A DNA stretch of 54,858 nucleotides from Eledone cirrhosa (taxonomy: Eukaryota). The notes below the pieces were generated by a model. That model was given only the letters and a program-made list of their open reading frames with translations, searched no databases and was not told the DNA's origin. The translations under genes and the position numbers were made by a program. Below, piece after piece: positions 43,101 to 54,858 of this stretch. The stretch covers positions 1-54,858 of the forward strand of contig CAXHJY010000910.1 of the NCBI GenBank assembly GCA_964016885.1, given 5' to 3'. How positions within the stretch are numbered: position 1 is the first letter of the stretch; every line of letters starts with the position of its first letter.

Positions 43101-43404
43101 CTATGTTCAGCTTTCCACAGGCCTGGTACTCAGTTCAGATAAATGAAGCTCACTACTAAGATATTTCAGAGTGATTTGAGGGTGTCTTCAAAGTCAAAGA
43201 CCTAGTCGATTCTTTTTTTCCTCTCTTTCTCTCTCACTAACCTCTCTCTCCCTCCCCACTCTCTGTTTTTCTCTCACAGACACGTTCTCTATAATCCGTC
43301 TTAAAGTACGGTTGACTTTGTAAGCAACAAGATGTAAATGATCTCCACTAGTGTATTTTGGTTTGAGTGTATAACGTATGTATGTATATATGTATGTATA
43401 TGTA

Positions 43405-43478
<74 letters not shown>

Positions 43479-43489
43479 CGTGTACATAC

Positions 43490-43536
<47 letters not shown>

Positions 43537-43637
43537 TATATATATATGTAAATATATATATATATATATGTAAATATATATATATATATAAATATACATA
43601 TATATATATGTAAATATATATATATATATATATATAA

Positions 43638-43674
<37 letters not shown>

Positions 43675-43695
43675 TACATATATATATATATATAA

Positions 43696-43754
<59 letters not shown>

Positions 43755-43857
43755 TACATATATATATATACATATATATATATATATGTGTGAATGAAGT
43801 AATTCCATCGGAAAAGTCCAGGAAAAAAGAGTGCTCTATGTAAGCAACAGAGCTTAA

Positions 43858-44163
43858 TTATTATTATTATGTAATAAACAACATAAGGCAATTATTCCAT
43901 TTACCAGTGGTTTCTTAAAAGCAAAAGGTTTTGCTTTCAATCCTCAGAATGAAAAATCCTGGTTTATTTATTGAATATGGATTCTAAAAACGAAAATGCA
44001 ATCTATATGAAAGTGAGGCTGGAAAAGGGAGAAGGAAAGGAAAAATAAAATAAAATAAAACTACACATGCAAACACACACAAAAAAACCCAAAAGCATAC
44101 TTACACACACACACATATATACACATATAATTTGCACGCATACACATATACACATACACATAC

Positions 44164-44212
<49 letters not shown>

Positions 44213-44290
44213 CACATACATACACATATATATATATAAATAAAGTGTGTAGGTGTACGCTCTTTATATATATATATGTGTATGTATGTG

Positions 44291-44335
<45 letters not shown>

Positions 44336-44640
44336 GTATGTGTATGTGTATATGTGTATGCGTGCAAATTATATGTGTATATATGTGTGTGTGTGTAAGT
44401 ATGCTTTTGGGTTTTTTTGTGTGTGTTTGCATGTGTAGTTTTATTTTATTTTATTTTTCCTTTCCTTCTCCCTTTTCCAGCCTCACTTTCATATAGATTG
44501 CATTTTCGTTTTTAGAATCCATATTCAATAAACAAACCAGGATTTTTCATTCTGAGGATTGAAAGCAAAACCTTTTGCTTTTAAGAAACCACTGGTAAAT
44601 GGAATAATTGCCTTATGTTGTTTATTACATAATAATAATA
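43858..44640. repeat. ~780-bp near-perfect palindrome with canonical HHRs at 43895-43954 (minus) and 44545-44604 (plus)
   Basis: tttcatt-CTGAGGA-ttgaaagcaaa(acct)tttgcttttaa-GAAA-cc(act)gg-TA/aatggaa. Confidence 0.92.
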
Positions 44641-44667
44641 TATATATATATATATAAATAAATATAC

Positions 44668-44706
<39 letters not shown>

Positions 44707-44707
44707 A

Positions 44708-44864
<157 letters not shown>

Positions 44865-45189
44865 TACATATATATATATATATAGATATATATATATATA
44901 AATAAATATACATATATATATATATATATATATAGATATATATATATACATGTAAATATACATATATATACATGTATACATCCGGGAGAGATGACACTTA
45001 GCCTTTGTCAAGGCAGAATTCTAGGAGAAGGAAAACTCTGATATAACACCTGCAACCCTGATGGTATCCAATGATGTTGACTTGTTCTTCTTTTTGGTAA
45101 ATATCATCTTGGTTAAGAGAGTGTGACTGGCTTTGTGCAGTGCCTTTGCTCACTATAAAAGCTTCACGGCACAGGCATTGCTTTATATC

Positions 45190-45297
45190 TGGAGATCTCT
45201 CTGCACTTGTCATCACAGGGTACAATGGGCCAGCACTATGTGTCAGTAATTGTCACAAGTGTAGTGCCAGAGTTTTCAAGTCGCTGGCTGGACTAAC
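45190..45297 (+). mobile_element. RTE 3' zinc-finger fragment; related copy on minus at 48333-48460
   Basis: GPALCVSNCHKCSARVFKSLAGL versus [31 protein letters not shown]. Confidence 0.6.
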
Positions 45298-45482
45298 ATT
45301 GATAACTTCGATCGGTTTCGGCCAGTATTGGCCCAGGCCATGTCTAACTTAATAGCACCACCTGGCGAAGTCTTACAAATCAGTGTTTGGGCACCATGGC
45401 CCACTCGAGCAGCGAGTTATTGTTTACGGAGGCATATCCGGGTGTAGGAGGCTTATCCGTGATTTCTTGAATAAATAAACAT
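45298..45482 (-). mobile_element. ~185-bp GC-richer pLTR-like repeat (other copies 48165-48325, 50505-50698 and inverted 50797-50990)
   Basis: High pairwise identity among the four copies; each abuts (TA)n; HHR-like GGCCGAAAC end. Confidence 0.75.
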
Positions 45483-45539
45483 ATATATATATATATATAT
45501 ATATATACTTTTTACTACAATGTTTTCTATACCTTTCAT

Positions 45540-47305
<1,766 letters not shown>

Positions 47306-47369
47306 TTGGGTTTTGAAATTCTTATTTGGGTTTTCAAATTCAAATTTGTCTGCGGAACAGGTTTGGATG

Positions 47370-48150
47370 TTGAAATTTAAATTTGTCCAGGTATCACGGT
47401 TATTGCCAATATGGGTTTGTTTTTATTGATTTATTATTTTAAATCGAGACAGGCAAACTATATTTATTTGAATTTGTTTATTTCATTCTAGCTAACTTGG
47501 TCATTTACAATACAAACACTTATGTGTTTATCATATATTAATTTATATTAAGTTGTGTTTCACGGCTCAGAAATGCTTCTTTCTTTGAGATAATTAATTG
47601 TAAAGGACTGTTTGAGTTTATAACTCTAAATATAATATAATATTACGGCTCCTTTTGTTGAGCTAAATTTTAATCCCATATAAATGGCTGTTATTTCTAG
47701 CACCATGAGTATGGGGATAGCTAGTGAGCTGGAAAACCACGTGCGTTTGCGCTTGTACACCTGACCTCCAAAAATATTTCGAGGTGAAACATCCTAATTT
47801 TTTGGATACCTGTTGATGAACACAGAAAATGGAATCTTTCACTTTTTTATACTATCGTTGCGAAACTTATTTGGACTTTGAAATTTAAATTTGTCCAGGT
47901 GTCACGGTTATTGCCAATATGGGTTTGTTTTTATTGATTTATTATTTTAAATCGAGACAGGCAAACTATATTTATTTGAATTAGTTTATTTCATTCTAGC
48001 TAACTTGGTCATTTACAATACAAACACTTATGTGTTTATCATATATTAATTTATATTAACTTGTGTTTCACGGCACAGAAATGCTTCTCTCTTTGAGCTA
48101 ATTAATTGTAAAGGACTGTTTGAGTTTATAACTCTAAATATAATATTATA
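47370..48150. repeat. ~270-bp direct repeat (47370-47640 and 47878-48148)
   Basis: AAATTTAAATTTGTCCAGGT...AAAGGACTGTTTGAGTTTATAACTCTAAATATAAT appears twice. Confidence 0.85.
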
Positions 48151-48469
48151 TATATATATATATATAACTTTGATAGGTTTCGGCCAGTATTGGCCCAGGC
48201 CATGTCTAATTTAATAGCACCACCTGGCGAAGTCTTACAAATTAGTGTTAGGGCACCATGGTCCACTCGAGGCATATCCGGGTGTAGGAGGCTTATCCGG
48301 GATTTCATGAATAAATAAACATGTATAAACCCCTACCGATGCGCTGAACGAATGTGACTTTTTAGTCCAACCAGCGACTTGAAAACTCTTGTACAAACAC
48401 TACACCTGTGACAATTATTGACACATAGTGCTGGGCCCATGGTACCATGTGACGACATGGTATATTTAT

Positions 48470-48613
<144 letters not shown>

Positions 48614-48614
48614 A

Positions 48615-48772
48615 TATATCTCAAAATTATTTTTGAAAAGCATTAGAAATGCGCAACCGGTAAAACTTAAAACCAAAACTGAATACTAAACGATACTATT
48701 ACTAATTCTCACTTATTCCTAATTAAACAATTTTTCACTGTGAACAATTTGTCAGCATTTTCTTTTCCATTT

Positions 48773-48807
<35 letters not shown>

Positions 48808-48870
48808 TATATATATATAATAATATATACACATATATATATGTGTATATATATAAAAATATACACACAC

Positions 48871-48901
<31 letters not shown>

Positions 48902-48910
48902 TAAATATAC

Positions 48911-48943
<33 letters not shown>

Positions 48944-49182
48944 AAAATATACATATATGTATAAAAAAATATATATGTATATATATATATGTATATATAT
49001 ATGTATATATTGGTAAACGGAATAGAAAATGCTGACAAATTGTTCACAGTTGAAAAATGGTTTAATTAGGAATAAAAGAGTATTAGTGATAGTATGGGTT
49101 AGTATTCAGTTGTGGTTTTAAGTTTTTAAGTTTTTACCGGTTGCGCATTTCTAAATGCTTTTCAAAAATAATTTTGAGATAG
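48615..49182. repeat. Inverted repeat across (TA)n with U3-A8-type HHR-like motifs (48630-48665 plus, 49131-49168 minus)
   Basis: ttt-TTGAAAA-gcat..atgc-GCAA-ccgg-TA/aaa in both arms. Confidence 0.75.
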
Positions 49183-49490
49183 AGTGTCCGTGCTGTTTGC
49201 TCTGATCTGATTAGTTTTGGGAATTCTACCTGTTTTTATGTTAAAAAAATGGCTCCAGCGTTATTTTTGTGTTGCAAAAATGCTTGTGGTCAAAACAATT
49301 TTGATTGGTCGGTAGAGGTCATGTGAATGTAAAAAGTTGATTTTGCGCCAAGACTGTTTTTATGTTAAAATGTTAGAAAAGTGGCTCCAGCAAAAATTAT
49401 TGGTCAAAACAATTTTGATTGGTCGGTAGAGGTCATGTGGATAAAAAATTGGTTTTGCGCCAAGATTGAGAAATGACTCTTTCACAACAA

Positions 49491-49560
<70 letters not shown>

Positions 49561-50254
49561 TAGTAGTAGTAAGGTGTTCGATGCTGCGACAATAGCCACC
49601 AGCGATGTGTGTCAAATGGCTATTAAGATAAGTGTGTGTGTGTGTGTGTGTGTGTGTGCGTACATACACACAGCAGAGTCATTCGAAGGTCAAAAGATAT
49701 TTTTCAGCTTTTGTCTTATACGGAGAAGTGCGTGTGTGTGTGTGTGTGTGTGTGTATAAGTCTCTTTGTATGTTGATGTACGCGTGTGTATGTGTTTGTG
49801 TATATATGTGTGTGTGTGTGTGTGTGCGTGTGTGGGTGGACCAGTATTTTTTCCCCCTGGTAAAATGGTGTACATTATACGATTTTTTCAGTAAAATCGG
49901 TTCTCTTAATAGAACATCAACAATCTTAACAATAAAAGGTGTGAAATGATATTCACTATATATATATATACACACACACACATATATATTTTCACTACAT
50001 ATATATATATATATACATATATACATACATATATATGCACATATATTTTTTTGTATTGCACCATAGAGCATGTGTGTTTACGTGTGTCATTGTGTTTATA
50101 TGTGGGTAGAGATGTGTGCTGATGTAGGTATGTATGTTGACGTGTGTATGTTGTGGGTTCGTCTTAGGGAGAAGTGTTTAGACGGGGTCCGTATTTGTTA
50201 ATGAAGTAAGATTCCTTGCTGATGCGCTGGGTGTGGGTGGCATTATCTTTAAAT

Positions 50255-51341
<1,087 letters not shown>

Positions 51342-51342
<1 letters not shown>

Positions 51343-51859
51343 ATAAGAAAAAGGGATGAAATCGAAAATGCAACCGAAGTCTTATTTTTAAAAAAAAATA
51401 TATATATTTATTTGGTTCCTTTACCGGTTTCGCAGTTCTTCTGCTTTTCAAAAGGTGAGTTGAGATGGAGGGTCTGTGGTTTTTCTCACATCTGGTTGGT
51501 CTCTAAATGTTACTTGTTTTATATGGAAAAAGTGGCTCGAAAACCAGGTTTTTCGAGAAGTAATTTGATTGGTTTGTCAATAATTATAATAAATTTCGCG
51601 CCAGTCAGGAATCATTTTCCTACACACACACATACACACACACACAATATATATATATATATATATTCTCTTCATCTTAACATGCTAACCATACTCCCAC
51701 ACACATAACACCCATACACACACATAACAACCCCCACACCTACAACACCCTCCCCATTTCTACTAATAGAACCACTTTCCTACACACATATATATACACA
51801 CACACAAAATATATATTCTCTCTATCTAACATACTCGCACACACACACATAACACCCAT

Positions 51860-51892
<33 letters not shown>

Positions 51893-52516
51893 AGCACACA
51901 AATAAACACATATCTTCAGTCTCAATAGAAAATCTGAACTCTGACACCTGAACTCTGACAGCTGGCCATATTCACTGAACCAGAACATTTCTCCCAATCC
52001 CTTTTCCCTTGACCACTATCTCTCCATTGTCATAACATTCACTATAAAGACTACAGAATAGTTTTCCAAATAAGGGCGCAAAAATGTAATGAAACTTGTT
52101 CACGTGACAGCCAAATTTCATTTATAACCAACCAAAAAAAAGCCTTCGTGAGCCTCATTTTTTCAAGTAAAAAGAAATTCAAACACTCATATATGAAAAA
52201 ACAACCTGTGACAACCCCCCCCTCTCTTATTTGAAGAACTATTGTAACGCGAACTGGCGCGAAATTTATTATAATTATTGACAAACCAATCAAATTACTT
52301 CTCGAAAAACCTGGTTTTCGAGCCACTTTTTCCATATAAAACAAGTAACATTTAGAGACCAACCAGATGTGAGAAAAACCACAGACCCTCCATCTCAACT
52401 CACCTTTTGAAAAGCAGAAGAACTGCGAAACCGGTAAGGGAACCAAATAAATATATATATTTTTAAAAAAAATAAGACTTCAGTTGCATTTTCGATTTCA
52501 TCCCTTTTTCTTTATA
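51342..52516. repeat. Inverted ~265-bp arms (51342-51606 / 52253-52516) with U3-A8 HHRs at 51418-51455 (minus) and 52403-52440 (plus)
   Basis: cctt-TTGAAAA-gcag(aagaa)ctgc-GAAA-c(cg)g-TA/aagg. Confidence 0.88.
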
Positions 52517-52572
52517 CTTCCACTCGTGTAGGACACCTCGGTTATTTTTCATTTTGTAAAAAAAAATCTCAC

Positions 52573-52666
<94 letters not shown>

Positions 52667-52702
52667 ACTATATATATATATATATAATTTATTATTACTA
52701 TA

Positions 52703-54215
52703 TAAAGGAGGTGGAAGTGGAGCCAAAATAGGTGAAGGAATTGGTGTCAGTTATAACTTTACATTCGTAGATTAAGTTTTTTACAAGACAATGGTTGTTG
52801 AGAGGACATTTATTTTTAACAGGGCAATTGCAATTGGGATTAAAGAGATTAGCAGAGTTATTAACGAGTGACCTAGTGTTATCTATAGAAGGAATTGGAT
52901 TGGATAAGTTATTTACGATAGGAATAATAGTTTCTTGATTTAGAATGGGATTAAGAACATTTAGCGAAGTTGTGTTTGACGTTGTATTTGGGTTTGCAGA
53001 AATTAGCCTAGAGTACTATTACTATTATTATGATATTCAGTGTTGGAAGGAAGAGATTTAGTATTTAGTATTTTATTGTTGTGTTTAGAGATAATGTTGA
53101 ATGCTGGAGGAGGTCGAATAGGAAAATTTTATAGTGTGTTTGTTAAATATTTTACTATAGATATGTGAGGGAGGGAAGCATTTATTTCAGGCACTAAAGA
53201 ATAATTTAGGAATATTATTATTAATAGAGATGGAGAAAGAAGCATTATACCAGATTATGTTTTTGTATCTAGGTCTTTTATTAAAGTTATTGGAATGATC
53301 ATGATTAATTATTCTACTGTAAGATCTTCTAGAATTTGTTTCTTTATTATATTTGATTTTATCAGGATAGCCGGCTTTAGAAAGCGCGTTATTATAGTAA
53401 TAGGCGTTAGCATCGAAGATGTTTTTATTAGAAGATAGGTTAGATATTCTTTTTCCAATATTACTAACATTCTTAATATTAGTAGGATGGTTAGATTTAA
53501 AATTAACATAATTTAGGTTCTCATTGTTTTTATGGGCCAGTGTCAAGATTAAGAGATACATTCAAGAAATAAGCTAGTTTGATGCTGTTATCAAATTCAA
53601 CTTTTAAGTTATGTTGGTTAAAGAGATTATGTATATTGTTCTTAATAATATTAAGGTTAACTATGTTGCAATTTAAGATAGTAAAGAGTCCATCGTCACG
53701 ATAAATTCCACCGCGAAGTTGAGGAATTTTCCGACTCAAAGAGTTCAAAATAAAGATACCAATTAAATCTGTCAATTGGGATGAATCGGATGCTCCCATT
53801 GTGATGTCGAAGTGGTTAGAGGTATCAACTCTGGTCCAATATTCATTGTTGAACTCAAGGATGGTTTTACGTGCGGTGAGAATGATGTGAAGTTCATCTG
53901 TGGTGATGTCAGAATATTTAAATGCGAAAGATTGAAGGCGAAATAGAAGAATAGTAGCTGGCAATATCAAATTGAACAAATTTTAGTTTGTTTTTATTAT
54001 TCAATTTGTTGAACCAGCCAATCACTTCAGAAGTACCAAACCATAAATTTAAGTTCAAAGAAGAGCAATTAGGACGAACCTGTGGGATAATTCTATCCAA
54101 GATGGCTTTACTAACAACCCCCAGATCTGATTTAGAGGGGGCGATTAATCTAACAGGTAGTTCAGTGCGACACAATATCACAAATCAATCTAAACTACTT
54201 TTCATATGTTGATTT
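52703..54215 (-). pseudogene. Naiad-like PLE: RT, thumb, linker, Cys finger and start of GIY-YIG (frameshifted)
   Basis: VRLIAPSKSDLGVVSKAILDRI; QFDIASYYSSIS; FDITMGASDSSQLTDLIGIFIL; GIYRDDGL; IIWYNASFS; CNCPVKNKCPLNNHCLVKNLIYEC..YFGST. Confidence 0.92.
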
Positions 54216-54263
54216 AAAACTGCACTATCCACAAGTGTTTTTAACCTTCATATCATGTCTTCC

Positions 54264-54334
54264 TATTTTATCTGATGAAAACACAAATGTTATTGCATGA
54301 TGATATTTGTTTTTGAAATGCGCATAATAAAATA
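54264..54334 (+). ncRNA. Type I hammerhead in an inverted pLTR at the 5' truncation of the PLE
   Basis: tattttat-CTGATGA-aaac-acaaatgtta..tgatatttgt-tttt-GAAA-t(gcgc)a-TA/ataaaata. Confidence 0.88.
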
Positions 54335-54458
54335 CATGGAACTCATTTAACCATCTTTTGATCTTATATATTATGTATACTCCAGTCCTACAAACTGTAG
54401 AGTGCTTCTTATCCGGTATCTGCATTGCTTTATTGTACTACAATAAAACTCACCTCCT

Positions 54459-54858
<400 letters not shown>

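Overview
AT-rich, repeat-saturated animal DNA with no recognisable intact host gene. The tRNA-derived SINEs and the very heavy (TA)n/(CA)n load suggest an octopus or other coleoid cephalopod (inference). Almost all ORFs in the supplied track are microsatellite or minisatellite translation artefacts. The window holds a 15-bp two-variant satellite (1-7862), a 31-bp minisatellite (~38.2-41.9 kb), decayed Penelope-like retroelements (PLEs; RT and GIY-YIG, several Naiad-like), CRE and RTE LINE fragments, non-autonomous Helitron-like elements and SINEs. The main hidden layer is RNA structure. Reading both strands by eye gives about 25 minimal type I hammerhead ribozyme (HHR) motifs from roughly 10 sequence families. 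They include a U3-A8 core-variant family and a family with a ~60-nt stem II insertion. Many lie in the arms of (TA)n-flanked inverted repeats, facing outward. Many families also share a covarying bulged hairpin (RYTC-stemloop-TN-GARY) about 40-90 nt downstream of the ribozyme. All folds were paired by hand and none has been computed or tested.
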